Assembly: GCA_028534125.1 (NCBI GenBank)
Contig: CM052816.1
Span: 101,806,001 to 101,866,000, forward strand
Source: Lama glama
Lineage: Eukaryota
Direction of reading: 5' to 3'
DNA length: 60,000 nt
The notes beneath the pieces were generated by a model. That model saw nothing but the letters and a program-made list of their open reading frames with translations, had not been told where the DNA came from and did not search any database. The translations under genes and the position numbers were made by a program. This document shows, piece by piece, positions 26,871 to 40,479 of the stretch; the stretch's first letter is position 1; each line of letters begins with the position of its first letter.

Positions 26871-27499
26871 TTTTTTCCCTTAATGAGGCACCTACACCAA
26901 CATTACTCACACTGCTAGCCAAAATTTAAATAGGCAGGAGGCCTGGGGATGGACTGAGCAGACTCCCGTGTGGACTGGCACTTGCTGGCCAGAGGAGAGG
27001 CCCACCCAAGCAATGAAAGACACTCACACTTCCCCAGAAAACAAGGCAGCACGGCAGGCAGGGGCGGGGGTCAGAGTAGAGGGGAGACGGCTGGGCCCAA
27101 ATCTCACCTCTGTGCGGACCTGCAGGGAGCAGTCGCCCACTTGCCCACCCCCCGCCCTGACAGGCTGTGCCTAGGACCCGGCTGAGCCGCGACTGCCCTC
27201 CGCGCCAGCCCCGTGGGGCACCTGGGAGAAGAGGCAAACAGCTGAGGAGATGGGCGTCGGGAGAAATGTACTCCTCCCAGCTTCTCAGAACACCTGGCTG
27301 CCCCTTCATGCAGCTCCAGCCCCGGCATCGCCCTCCCCAGTTCCAGGGCCTGGCCAGGCCGGTGAGGGGGTGGGGTTGAGGGGCAGGTGGGGGAACTTCC
27401 AATTCTCCAAGGCGGAGACTCAGCAGGAGGTGAGGGGACAAGGATCCCGCCCATCTGCACGGGAGCACAGGAGGAGCCGTGGCCAGCTCAGGGGAAGGA

Positions 27500-28750
27500 G
27501 AGTGACAAAAGCAGCCAAAAACAAAATACCCGGAGGAGTCTAGCAACAGACATCCCAGACACCTAAACTGAAGCCATGAAACATTGCTGAGAAAATGTAC
27601 AAAGACACAAATGGAAAGATACACCATGTTCGTTGACTGTAAGACCCAACACGGTGAAGACGGCGTTACTCCCAAAACTGATCTACAGAACAGATCACGG
27701 ACCTAAATCTGCAACATGCCGTGGAACTCTACCAGAAAATACGTGAGAAAATCTTTGAGACCTTGGAGTAGTCCTGGGACTCTAAGGACACATTAAAAAA
27801 ATCATAAAAGAAAAAATTGTTAAATTAATCTTTTTCAAACCTTTTAAAATGTCTTTTGAAAGTCACCATTAAGAAAATGAAAAGGGAAGCCAGAGACTGG
27901 ATAAAAATATTCACAAGAGGCTGTATCCAGAACATGTGAACGTCTCACAGTTCCACAAGCAGACAAAGAACCCAACAAGAAGGCAGGCACAGCACGCAGA
28001 CGAACACTTCACCAGAGAAGACATGTGGACATCAGGAAAGCCCACGAGAAGACGCAACACCAAGAGTCACCAGGGAAACGCGAATCAAAACGACGGTGAG
28101 CTACCACCACAACCCAGCAGGACTGCTGGAACCAAGACTGGCCATCCCAGGCCTCGGTGAGCGTGGAGGAGCTAGAAGTCTCGCCCACGGCTTCCAGGAA
28201 TGTAAGTGGTACAACTGCTCTGAAAACAGGTCTGGTGTTTTCTTAAAAAGTCAAACACACATCTACTCTATGCAGGACCCAGCAATCACTCTCCTAGGCG
28301 TTCACCCCAAAGAAATGAAAACATGCATCCAGAGGCTCACACACAGACGCCGCCGCTTCATTCACAACACCACAAGCTGGGAGCAACCCAGACGTCCACC
28401 TGCAGATAAACAGACAAACGCGGCTCGTCGCACAACGGAGCACCACATGGCGTAAGGAGGACACGCTCCGTACACGAGCCGGGGAGGAGTCGGCCGCCCC
28501 ATGGCACGGGGAGAAGCCCCAGCACGCTGCAGGATCCCGTTTATACAAAGTCCCAGGAACTGCAAACCAGTCTCCAGGGCAGGCGCACAGGCGAGGTCAC
28601 CAGAGCGAGGACGACAAGGCACAAGGAGACGCTGGGCGTACGGGAGCGTCTTGACCTCAACTTCGGCAGTGGTTACTCAGGTGATCACACATCCCAAACC
28701 CCACCCAGTTGTGCACTTTAAATGGATGCAGTCCTGGGTGCTTTTGTCAC
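27500..28750 (+). mobile_element. Old L1 ORF2 end and 3' UTR
   Basis: aaatggaaagatacaccatgttc, gacccagcaatcactctcctagg...aaagaaatgaaaac, caacccagacgtcca, ttgtgcactttaaatggatgcag: collinear with L1M 3' ends. Confidence 0.8.
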
Positions 28751-29426
28751 AGCCCAGTAAAGACGGGAAATGCAAAGAAGAGAGGGCAGCCCCACCACTC
28801 ACACCTCGTGAGCTCAGGCTGCAGACCCTGGAGAGCACGGACCCACTGCTGCACCCACACCCCACGGGAGAGGCTCCCACCAGCGCAGCGTCCAGCCCTG
28901 AGGGGCCTTGGGGAGCAGGTTCCAGGGGCCAGGTGCTCTGAGGACGGACGACCTCCACCTCCGAGGTCATCGAGGGCTCCAGGATTTCCATCGCCCACCT
29001 GGAGAACGGGGCCAGACCACAGCCCACAGGCCCCGGTATGGTGAGGAGGCCAGGACCGCAGCTGGGCCATGGGGCACGGAGCAGTGGGTGCAGGGACAAC
29101 CCGGAAGGGCTGTGGGCCTGGTGCCCTGCACACGTGCACACACCCAGCCTTCATGACACACAGACGCCAGCACTCGGACAAGCCAGCCCGGCCACATCCC
29201 TCGGGGCGTCTGCAGGCACCACCAGGGGAGGGGAAGTGCTGTGGCCCTGTGTCCATGTTACTCCACTGGCTCTCACTGTCCCTCAAATCACAAGTCCAAA
29301 ATTGCCCAGTGAGGAAAGCACTGATTCTTCAGTAGGAGGACTGGGAGCAACCTGTGGCTGGAGGGGAAAGGAAAGAGATTCAGGCCCAACACCTATACCA
29401 GGAAAACTGCAAGTGTTCAAAAGGTT

Positions 29427-29430
<4 letters not shown>

Positions 29431-29470
<40 letters not shown>
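29431..29470. repeat. Perfect (TA)20 microsatellite within an old L1 fragment (~29370-29800)
   Basis: 40 nt of uninterrupted tata; flanks (ataaaattttagaagaaat, gactttataaaaattaaa) are L1-like. Confidence 0.97.
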
Positions 29471-29474
<4 letters not shown>

Positions 29475-30953
29475 GGGATCCATAAAATTTTAGAAGAAAT
29501 ATTGGGAAAATTCTCATAAAATTAAAGCAGGGAAGATCTTTCTAATTGTGACATAAAATTAATTAGCCACAAAGGAAATGATTAATAAAGTCGACTTTAT
29601 AAAAATTAAATGTTTTCTGCATGGCAGAGAACACCGTAAGTAACCTCAAAACTGGGGAAAGTTACCTGAAACACATTCAAGGATCAGTCTCCTCAGTGTC
29701 CAACAAATCGAGAGGCACAAAGACTTAAGCACGAGACAGAGAAATGAGCAAAAGTCAGCAACACAGAAAAGGGAGCACAGTGGCTGCCAAGCCTCCCGTG
29801 TGAGAAGAACACGCAGAGGCACCGACATCTGAGGCACACCTCGACGCTGGCCGGTTTGGTGACACCATGCAATCCCAAGGGCCTGCGCGTGCCTGCTGGG
29901 TCTGGCCTTGCGTTACTGCTCACCAGCTGGTAACTGCTGCTGTTCACAGGTCCTGGGAGACGCTGACTGCTCACGGCTCGGCAGGCAGCGAGAGCTCTGC
30001 TGTCTGCCTCACCGACCCAGGTCCCCAAGTCCAGGGGGACGCAGAGGGTCTGGGCCGGGGCTGCAGGTGCAGGGTCTGTGTCCAAGCAGAGGGATCCACC
30101 ACTTCCACAGTGATCCCCAAACGAGCCGGCTCGGCCTGAGAGGGAAGGTACCAGCTCGGCCACGGCGGCGGCCTCTCCAACAACGAGCACGTGCCAACAC
30201 CAGGCACAAAGCCACTCATGCCGCGACGTCTGCGGGACGGTCTGAGGGGCGCCGGCAGAGGGCTGGAAACCACGGGTCAGGGGGCACCCTGCACAGGCGC
30301 ACAAGGAACCGAGGTGGAAGGTCTAGGGCGCTGGGCGGGGTGTGTGGACGCGGCCGCTCCGGCAGAGGTGGGAGTGCACACGCCCACACCGCACCCCCGG
30401 GCTAATGCACTAACCATCTCAGCAGGGATCCAGGCCGGGAGCCTGGCGCACTCAGGCTGGGAGGAAGACTCTGTCCTCTCTGAGTCTGAGCACACGGAGT
30501 CTCACCTCTTCAAAACGTCAGTTAATAAAATTTATCGTTTCATAAAAGCGTCTCAAAAGCTCATCATCTCAGACTCTGACATTGGAACGAAAACATAACA
30601 AGGGAGGGAGTTCCTTCCTCTGCCCCCAGACTGGCAAGCACCCCGGAATGTGGTGGACACAGCACCCCCAGGTCGCGGGGCACAGAGCCCCCCAGAACAC
30701 GCTGTACGTGGCCCCAAAGATCTCGGTGCACATGGTCGCATCTCTGGGTGACTGAGTTTCCTGACACACAGCCAACGCAGGTGACAAACCACCTTCTGCG
30801 GCCCCGCCTCCCTGGCCTTTGTCACCATTGTGGGGCAGGTGGTGCCCACTTTGCTGCGGAAGTCTCAAAGGACCCTGCAGCCACCAGAGGCCAGGGGGTG
30901 GCCGGGGTCACAGAAACCCTGACCCACACACAGACAGTACTGCACGTGTGCAG

Positions 30954-31060
30954 ACACACACACACACACACACACACACAGAGCCTCACGCACACGTGCT
31001 CACACACAGATCGAGCTGTGTATTACACATTCACACAGCAGTATCACACACACACACACA
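30954..31060. repeat. Compound CA microsatellite: (AC)13 at 30954-30980 and (CA)8 at 31045-31060
   Basis: Read directly; ~700 bp into AHRR intron 2. Confidence 0.95.
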
Positions 31061-31752
31061 TACACACCCCCATAGCCCCAGCCACCAGTGGACGTACTGC
31101 AGGACCCCTGATCCAGGAGCTGGAGGCAGCCTGTGGGCTCTGGGAGCCACTCTCTGCTGACCTCCCAGCAGGGCAGTTCCAACACCCCGGTTATTCCGGC
31201 CACGGCTGTGGACCACGCCCTCGTGGCCCTCAGCTCCCCTGTGCCAGCCACGGGCTGTGGTGCTGTGTCCCGGGGCTGGTGGAGGCTGGGCCTGGGCGTC
31301 CCCTCCCTACTCTCTAACTCAGCCTCCCAGAGGCCCACGACCAGGAGGATGAGCCCCTCACCCCAACTTCTTCCACTTGGGGCAAAGCCCAGAGGCACTG
31401 TGGGTGTGTCCAGCTGGGGACGGCCCCAGGGCAGGGAGGGGCCGGAGCTCACCCAAACAGGCAGCTCAGCCCTCGGTGCTGGCTTCTGGCCAAGAGAGGC
31501 TGGACCTCACCTTCCTGCCGGAGCCGGGAAGAGCCCTCGTCACCATCAACCCAGGAAGAAAGGCCAGGCGGGCTCCAGCTGTCGGGAGCCATGCACACCA
31601 GCCCAGGCCCACTCCCGCTGTCGCCGGGTCCCTCCCTGCCACAGGGAGGCTCACCCTCACTCGCTTTGTCCCTAGAATTCACTTTTTTTCAATGAAAACA
31701 CAAATGCCTCCCTTTCATCAGTAGCAGCAGAGACAGAAGACATGATACTTTA

Positions 31753-31845
<93 letters not shown>

Positions 31846-32699
31846 TCAAGTTGGTCCCATTGAAGAGCTCCCCGTGTCCACACCATCCACAAACCACCCG
31901 GACGGCAGCCGCGTTCAGTGGAGGTGCCCCAGCCCCAGGCAATGCATGACTCTGTCCCCTGCAGTGATGACCGAGGGCATGGCCAGCATGAGCCTCACAC
32001 CTCCCCCACTCAGCAGGAAGATGCCCAAGGGCCTGGCGAGGACGCAGCCCTTCACTGGGCAGCAGCATGGCCCCCAGCCTGGCCCCAGGACCCACACCAC
32101 CCCCTCCTATAGAGAAACAGCCCTGTGCTCCCAGAGCTGATGGCAGATAAGCTCCCAGAGCCACCAGAAGACAGAGGAACTCCACAGGCGTCCGGAGCAG
32201 GACACGCGGCCACAGAGTGAGGACTGAGTGCTGGGGCAGGGTCTGCGCAAGTGTGTGGGGCCGCGTGCATCCTCTCAGTGCTTGTGCCCTATCCACGCCC
32301 CTTCCGAGGCCCCCCTTTATGGCCCGGTACTTCCTCTTCTCTTCATAAAATCTCTCCTAACTCCACAATGTTTCCACTTACGCCACTAACTCACAGCTGT
32401 ACGAGCCCTGCTGACCATCCCTGCTGGCCTCCACCAGCAGTGCTGGACGCAGACAGCTGACCCTGAGGAGCAATCCAGTGTCTGTGCCCCGAGCTGGTCA
32501 GCGCACCCATCACCTCAAGGAGGCCATCAGAATCTTGGTTTTTCCCGTGCAGTGAGGATGTCTGCTCCCTCACAAATGTCCTGCAGACCAGTCGCAACTA
32601 CTCAGTGCCAGGCTCTGGGCCAACAGACAGGGAGAGGAGGTTAGGGCCCCTCCCCTGGTCTCAAGCACGTGCAGCCTGGACAAGGAAGCACATTACTCA

Positions 32700-34780
32700 A
32701 ACACGAAATTTCCACTCTGTTCAGAAAGTGCAGTGAAAACGTCAGAAACATGTCATGGACCCACCTGAAATATAAGAAACACACTTTGTAGACAGCCAGT
32801 CACAAAGGATGTAGACTTTTCACACAGCAGACACAGACTGAGTGAAATGTATAGACCACGGTGTCCAGCAACAGCAGAGCACGCGGTCTCTGTGCATGGC
32901 CCAACCATCAAGTAGACTGCATTCTAGGACCGAAAACAACCCTTAACAAAGTTGAGAGAATAATAACCATACAAAGTATGTTCTCTAATAAGATGGAATT
33001 AAACTAGAAAGATACATGGAAAACTTCCAACTATTTGGTAAGCAATCTGCTTCTAAGTAACCATGGATCAAAGAGGAAGTCTCAGAGAAACTTAAAAATG
33101 TTTTGAGCTGAATGAAAATATAACATATCAAACTTCATGGGCTACAACTGCGTGGTCTGATGGACACTGGCAGCATCAAATGTTTACATTAGAAAAAAAT
33201 AAAGGTTTCAAATGGGTAATTAAGCTTCCACTTTAAGTAACCAGAAGAAGAGAAAATAAATCCACATCAACCAGAAAGATGAAAACAATAAGGAGGAAAA
33301 ATCAGTGAAACTTGGAATAGAAAAAGAAAAACTGATGAAACTGAAAGTTGGTTCTTTGAAAAGACTAACAAAATGAATAAGCCTCTAGCCAGACTGATCA
33401 AGAGTGAGGAAACACAAATGACCAATATCAGGAGCAAAAGGAGGGACATCACTACAGATCCCACAGACGTTAGAAGGACAATGAGAGACACCGCCGTGAA
33501 CTTAGCTGTGTTCCCACAAAAGTTATACGATGAAGCGCCAATCCCCCATTTGACTGTACTGGAGAAAGGGCCTTTAAGGCGCTGGCTATGGTCAGAGAGG
33601 CCCTGACCTGCTGGAACTGTTGTCCTGACAAGAAGAGGAAGAGACAGGAGAGCTCTCTCTCTGCCATGTGCAAGCCAAGAGGACAGCTCTCACCAGAAGC
33701 CGCACCAGCAGGCACCTTGACCTCAGACTTCCAGCCTCCAGAATGTGAGAAATAAATTTCTATTGTTTAAGCCACCCAGTCCGTGGGATTTTGTTATGGC
33801 AGCCCAAACAAAGTAACGCAAATACTAACCCCACAAAGTCAACAATTTAGATGAAATGGACCAAGTCCTCGAATGACATGAACTACCAAAACTCACTCAA
33901 GAAAAAACAGACAACATGTTTAGTCCTATATCTGTTCCACGACAACAACAGCCCCAGGCCCAGATGGCCTCGCTGGTAAATTCTTCCGATTCAAAGAAGA
34001 AATAATAATATCGACTCTCTACCGAAAAAATTAAAATTAAAATTAAAAATTAAAATTGCCAACTCATTTATAGGTTCAGCATTACCCTGATACCAAAACC
34101 AAAGACATTTTGAGAAAACTATAGACAAAAATCCCTCATGAACATGGGCATAAAAATCCTCAATTAGATGCTAGCAAATGCAACCCAGCAACACATGAAG
34201 AGGACGATACATCACAAGTGGGGTTTACCCAAGGAATTTAAGGCTGCTCCAACAGCCAGAAATCGATCATTATAATTCACTTTATTAATAAACTAAAGAA
34301 AAATACATATGGTCATCTCAACACATAAAAATGCATTTGTCAAAATCCAAATCCATGCATAATAATGAAAAAAATCTTATCAAACTAAGAATAGAAGGGA
34401 ACTCAACCTGATAAAGGGCATCTACACCTAACCTACAGCTGACAGCACACCTAGTGTGAACTTAATGTGATCCAGACAAAGACCGGACATACCCCTGAGA
34501 TCACAGACAAGACAAAGATGTTCTCTGTCCCCTTTCCTGTTAGTGTTCACAGACAACGTGATGGTCACACAGAAAATTCCAAACTTTTGCTAAGACAAAT
34601 CTCTTATAACTTACAATAATTGAGTTCGGCAAGGTCACAGAAAAAAGGACAACATAAAAAATCAACTGTGTTTCTAAACACTAGCAATGAAAAATTGGAA
34701 CACAGATTTTTAAAAACCAGTACCATTTACAATAGTACCAAAATAAAAATTAAATATTTAGGTATTTCAAGAGGTTTAAC
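32700..34780 (+). mobile_element. Old L1 ORF2 remnant
   Basis: MNKPLARLIK...TNIRSKRRDITTDPTDVRR (33373..), cagcattaccctgataccaaaacc, aaatccctcatgaacat: ORF2 linker and RT-region text. Contains (AAAATT)n near 34027-34057. Confidence 0.85.
33492..33820 (+). mobile_element. Near-complete MLT1A/B solo LTR inserted in the L1
   Basis: Ends gcaccttgacctcagacttccagcctccagaatgtgagaaataaatttctattgtttaagccacccagt...ttgttatggcagccc...ca, the MLT1 3' end. L1 text resumes on both sides. Confidence 0.85.
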
Positions 34781-34910
34781 ATGTGTAACTGGGAACTTAA
34801 AGAATAGGAGGGTAAAGGAGGTGACACAGAAAAAAATGTAAGAAATAATAGCAGAAATATGTCCAAACTTAATGAAAACTGTAAATCTACAGATTCAAGT
34901 AGTCAATGAA

Positions 34911-35529
34911 GATACATGCACCACAATGTTCACAGCAGCTCTGTTTACAATAGCCAAGACATAGAAACAACCTAAATGTCCATCAGTAGATGACTGGATA
35001 AAGAAGTTGTGTTATATTTATATAATAGAATACTACTAAGCCATAAAAAATAAAATAATGCCATTTGCAGCAACATGAATGGACCTGGAGGTTGTCATTT
35101 TAAGTGAAGGAAGCCAGAAAGAGAAAGAAAAATGCCATATGATATCACTCATATGTGGAATCTAAAAAAAAAAAAGACACCAATGAAGTTATTTACAAAA
35201 CAGAAACAGACTTGAAGACACAGAAAATAAACTTTTGGTTACTTGAGGGGAAAGGGGTGGGAAGGGATAAATTGGGAGTTTGCTATTTGCAGATATTAAC
35301 TAATACATATAAAATAGATAAACAATAAGGTCCTACTCTATAGCACAGGGAACTGTATTCACTATCTTGTAGTAACCTATAATGAAAAACAGTATGAAAA
35401 TATATGCATGTACATGTATGACTGAAACATTAAGCTGTGCACCAGAAATTGACACAACACTGTAAACTGACTGTACTTCGATTAAAAAAAATAAAAATAA
35501 AACAACAAAGACTTATATCCAGAAAAAAA
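34911..35529 (+). mobile_element. Younger 5'-truncated L1 (~0.6 kb) with TSD, inserted in an older L1 ORF1 fragment (~34790-36050)
   Basis: ORF2 tail plus artiodactyl-type 3' UTR ending tgtaaactgactgtacttcgatt and A tail. TSD aagtagtcaatgaa (34897-34910) / aagaagtcaatgaa (35530-35543), one mismatch. Confidence 0.9.
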
Positions 35530-36125
35530 AAGAAGTCAATGAACCCCAAGCATCAGAAACAGGAAGAAAATTACCCCAAGACACATCATAATGAAATTGC
35601 CCACAACTGGCAAGAAGCAAAATCATCTTAAAAGCCGCAGAGAAAAGAGCACTGGGCACAAAGAGCAGAGGCCTCTGTGAGGGCAGACGCCACGCCAGGA
35701 ACACGGAGGAGGGGACGGCAGGTCGCATCCTCAAAGCACCGGCAGAGAAGACCTCAACGTGAAATTCCAAACCCTGCAAAACAACCTTTTAGAAATGAAA
35801 GTTAGTAGAGACTTTCGCAGACACACACAAGCTGAGGGAATTCCTTGCCAGCTGACCCCACTGTAAGAAATGTGGAAAAGTGTCTTTCAGGCCAGAGGAA
35901 AACGATACCAGATGGTCACATGGGTCCACGCGACGGAACAGAAAGCACAGGAAGTGGCTACTGCGAGGCAGAAACGCAGGGCTCGTCTTACTCTTGAAAT
36001 AGCTTTAAAAGAGAATTGACAGTTCAGACAACAGTGATCACAATGTGTCTGGGGCTCATCACACACCCAGACGTCCGGGAGTCTCGGCGGGAGATGCAGT
36101 AGCTCCGGCCGCAGCGTTACCCGCC

Positions 36126-36153
36126 ACTTGGTGCTCGGTACTTGGTGCTCGGT
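36126..36153. repeat. Perfect 14-bp tandem duplication ACTTGGTGCTCGGT x2
   Basis: Read directly. Confidence 0.9.
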
Positions 36154-36769
36154 ACTGGAGGCCGGGCGGGGGTCTAGGCAGCGTGTCCGGGCCTGCTCCA
36201 CTCGGCAGGCTGGACCCTTCCAGCTCCTCTTCTTCCCAGCCAGCACGGGGCACCTGCCAGAGTGAGGGCTTCTGCTTCCTGGGTTCCAATGTGTCCCTTT
36301 GTTTCTGCTCAGCTCGGCCAGAGGCTGGGAAACTCAGTGACCGTCTCCACATCCCAGGGGCTGAACACACCTTCTCAATGAGGCCTGAACACCCCATATC
36401 TGGGGTGCCCCCTGGGGGTGCTTCCTCAATCCCGAGATCCTCCTTTCACTGTTGTAGTTAATACTTCTTTACATTAATTAAAGTCCCTCAGTCCAACCCA
36501 AAAATTAAGTAAAAACCATAAAAAGCTGGGTTTTTTTAAGTCCACACATTTTAGGGACACAGGCTCACCCATGGGAGGGAATGACTTGCCCGCGGTTCGC
36601 TTGATCCTAATCCAGGGAGCAGCTGGGGTGTGAGTGACACCTGCTCAGCCGCTGTTGGTAGCAGGCCATCCCTGCTGCTTGATGAATACGCTCAGTATGA
36701 GTTCTCTCCACTCTTGTAAAAAATTTGAAATTTTCCAAAATAAAGTTTTTTAAAGTATTGAAAAGAGAA

Positions 36770-38090
36770 ATGTGGTATAGGAAGAAACACGCAGTGGTCA
36801 ATTCATTTTCAACAACAGATCATTCAATGCAGAAAGAGAATTGAGCTCTTCATCAAAAGGTGTGAGACAACTGGATGTCCACCTGGAAGGAGTGAAGTTG
36901 GACTTCGACCTCACACTGGTTACAAAAATTAACCGAAACTAGCTAAAGACCTAAGTGTAAGAGCCAAAACTATAAAACTCTTGGACAAAACACAGGGCTC
37001 TATCTTCCTGATCTTAAAGATGGTGATGGATTCTTACATATGTCACCAAAAGCAAAGCACAGAAAAGAAAAACTAGGTACGTTGAACTTTATCAGAATTT
37101 AAAACTTGGGCTTCAAAGCACACCATCAAGAAAGTGAAGAGACAACCCACAGGTGGGAGAAGATACTTGCAAATCGTGCATCTAAGAAGGCTGTAGTGTC
37201 CACACCACGTAAAGGATGCTCAAAACTCAGCAAGAGACAAACAATCCAATCAAAAACGGGCAAAAGATTTGAACAGACATTTCTCCCCAAAAAAAGTATA
37301 CAAATGGATTGTGAGTGAATGAAAAGGTGCTCAACATCCTTAGCCACTGGAAATGCAAGTGAAACCTGCAGTGAGACACCACTGCACACCCACGAGGATG
37401 GCTAAAATGGAAAACATTTTTTAAATGGAAAACAGTAAGTGTTGGTGAAGATGTGGAGAAAATGGGACCCCTATGCTTTGCTAGTGGGGATGGAAAATGG
37501 TGCAGCTGCTGTGAAAAGCAATTCAGTATTCCCTCAAAAAGTCAAACATAGAGTCACTATATGATCCAATTCAACTCACAGGTGTGTGCCCAAAAGAACC
37601 GAAACGTATTCAAATAAAGCCTGGCCCACAGGTGCTCACAGCATCATTATCCACAAGAGTCCAAAAGTAGAAGCAACCCAAATGCCCATCAACTGCTGAT
37701 GGAGAAACAAAATGTGGTCTATCCATCCAGTGGAATACTATTCAGCCACAAAAGGAATGAAGCTCTGATGCACCTGACAACATGGATAAAGCTTGAAAGC
37801 ATGATGGCACATGAGAGAAGGCAGACACAAAGGGACACAGATTAATTCCACTTACGTGAAAGGTCCAGAACAGGCAAATCCATGGAGACAGAAAGTGGAT
37901 GAATGGTTGCCTGAGGCCAGAGGAGAAGGGAGTGGGGAGTGCCTGCCTAATGTGTACAGAGTTTCCATCCAGGATGAAGAACACGTTTGGGAATTAGATG
38001 GAGTGGGCAGCAGCAATAAACTAAATAAACACCACTGAGCTGTAAACTTAAATGGTGAGCTTCGCGTTTGGCGAATTTTACCTCAACAAA
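36770..38090 (+). mobile_element. Old L1 (L1MB-like) ORF2 end and 3' UTR
   Basis: aactataaaactctt, gacaacccacaggtgggagaagatacttgcaaatc, gttggtgaagatgtggagaaa, cagtggaatactattcagcc; ends gaattttacctcaacaaag. Confidence 0.88.
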
Positions 38091-40479
38091 GACAAAGAAC
38101 ACAAGTGTGTGTATGAATATAAATGAAGTTTCTGGGGGGTGAGGAGGAGGGGCTGGCAGGAGAGAGCGTCCAGCCAGGTGGGGTGCGCGGTCCGGGGGGC
38201 TGTGCACACCGGGCAGGGATAGGCAGCAGCGGCAGGGCCGGGGGACCAAAAGCAGGTTTTCAAGCTTCTGGGGAGGATGTGGCAGAGGAAACAGGAGAGG
38301 TCTGGAGAAATGAGTTGGGGTGAGTAAGCCAGACTGGTCCCGGTGGCCGCAGGCTGGAGCAGGAACGAGTGAACTGATGCTTCGGGAGGGTCCAGCTTTC
38401 TCGGTCTTGTCCTGAGCCGCAGCCACCACGGAAGCGGCCTGCACTTCCCTCGGTGGCTGGAGCTGCCTGCAGGGCCGTCCCGCCTGCACCACAGGGCTCC
38501 TCAACTCACACAGGAGAGGCCAGAGCCACACCAGGCCAGGCCGAAGGCCAGGGATGCCTCCCCGCACCCTGAGAGGGGCTGGGCACTCAGCAACACACTG
38601 GGCAGCCCTCACGGTCAAAGGGAAAGGTGGCAGCTGACCTCACCAGCCCCAGGAGACCATCCAGGCGCAAAGCAGGGGTGCTGTGCCATGGGGGTCGACG
38701 CAGAAGACGAGGCAGGGTGGGGGGACACTTGAAGGGGAGGCAGTGCCTACTCCTTGCTTTCCTTCATCCAAAATCCCCTCCCCACGGCAGGAGCCGAGAT
38801 GGGACCCAGGTTCCAGAGCACAGCCCCTCCCCAGCCTCGCACTCCGCCTGCCCAGGGGCCTACACAGCCACGTCCCCTTCATGTCTCCAGCTCAGCGTTC
38901 AGAATGGCCCTACAACACTGCTTGTGGCAAAGAGCAGCTGGGCAGATCACATTCTCCAGGTGCCCTGCTGGGGTTGGGGAGAAGTCAAAGGGGCAGCAGA
39001 GTCCCCTGGAAAAGCCACAGCTTGGGGTCCGATTCTGGCCGAGTCCTGCCCTAGGAATCCTAAATATAGGCTCCATTTACCAAATACTTGTGCACGCCCC
39101 TCAAAAAGATGAAGCCCCTGTTGGATTGGACCAAACTCCCCACAGAAATGTGCCCCTGAGGCAGGATGGGCGCCAGGCTCCACAGACGCTCTGAGCAGGC
39201 TGTATTTCTTGAGAAATCTGAACTTTTATAAGAACCTTTTGTGGTTTTCCATTTTAGAAAACACACATAAGCAAAAACCAAAAATAAAAGAAGCCCCATG
39301 CCCCGCAGCAGTGCCCGGGTTCCGCCCTGGTGTGTGCTCCCCAGTCCCCGTTCCACAGGGACCAAGAGGGAAACTCCACCGGTGCCCACCTGGAAGTCCT
39401 CATCCGGAAACAGGGAGCCTGCCAGCCACGGCTGCTGGATGGCTAAGGCCATCGGCACAGGCCCATCAGGGCCGCACTGAGTGGGTCCTGAGACCTCCGC
39501 CACCACCATGGGGCTCTGGCCCAGAAGCTAGGCTTGAGGCCTTGATGGCGGATGCTGGGCGGAGGCTGGCCAGGCTCAGGAGCCCGCCTCCGCCAGAGGC
39601 CGCCTGCGAGTGCCCCTGGGGGGTTGGGCTGCGGACCAGGCAGGGAGAGAGCCAGCTCACAGCTGTCTCGTACCCAGAGCTCGAGGCAGATGCCTCAGGG
39701 CACGCAGTCACGCACCCGCTTCTGCGCCTGGCCCCTGGAGGACAGAGGCCCTGCATGAGTCATGGGGCGGCCACAGCTGGAGACCCACTGGACCCTTCCA
39801 AGGTGGGGAGATGCCTCCAGCCCCAGTCCTTCAAACCAACCAGGAAAGAGGGAGAAACCCAAGGGCAAACTGCCCAAGGCCTCTGACCTCTGACGGGCTG
39901 GTCACCTGCCCTCTGGGCAGCCCCCTCCCCAGTGGGAGTCACAGCAGCAACACCGGGTGGGCAGGTCCCTGAGGGCCTGTACCTCTCACAAAGTATCCAT
40001 GATTTGGGATTTTCCACCGCTCAAAATAAGACATTAGGGAAAAAAACTTTCTTGGTACCACTAACTGAAACCCAGCGAATTCCTGGAACAGGCGCCTTCC
40101 GCCCTTTCCGAGTGTGAGAACCAAGCCTGGCGCTCCCTGCCCTGAAGGAGGCCGAGCTGCGCACCCTCATTTCTGGGACACCAGCTAGGGGCCTTTCCCC
40201 ACCAGCTGCCCTGGGGCAGCTCTGCGGGCCAGTTCGAAGTGCTCCCCTCAGCATCTGCCCAAAACGTTTCCGAAAGAAACTGGGCCAAGAGCAAAGGGCC
40301 AGGAGCCCAACTCCCCCGACATGGGTGGGATCTGACGCTCCTGGGCAGGGAAACTGGGGGACCACGAGCAGTGGAAGCGGACCGGCTTCCCTCAGAAGTC
40401 CAGTTTTTATTCTTAGGTGACTGCTGCCCCTTGGACCCCTGGCCTGGCGACTTGAGAACGGGAGCCGGAGGGAGGGGGA

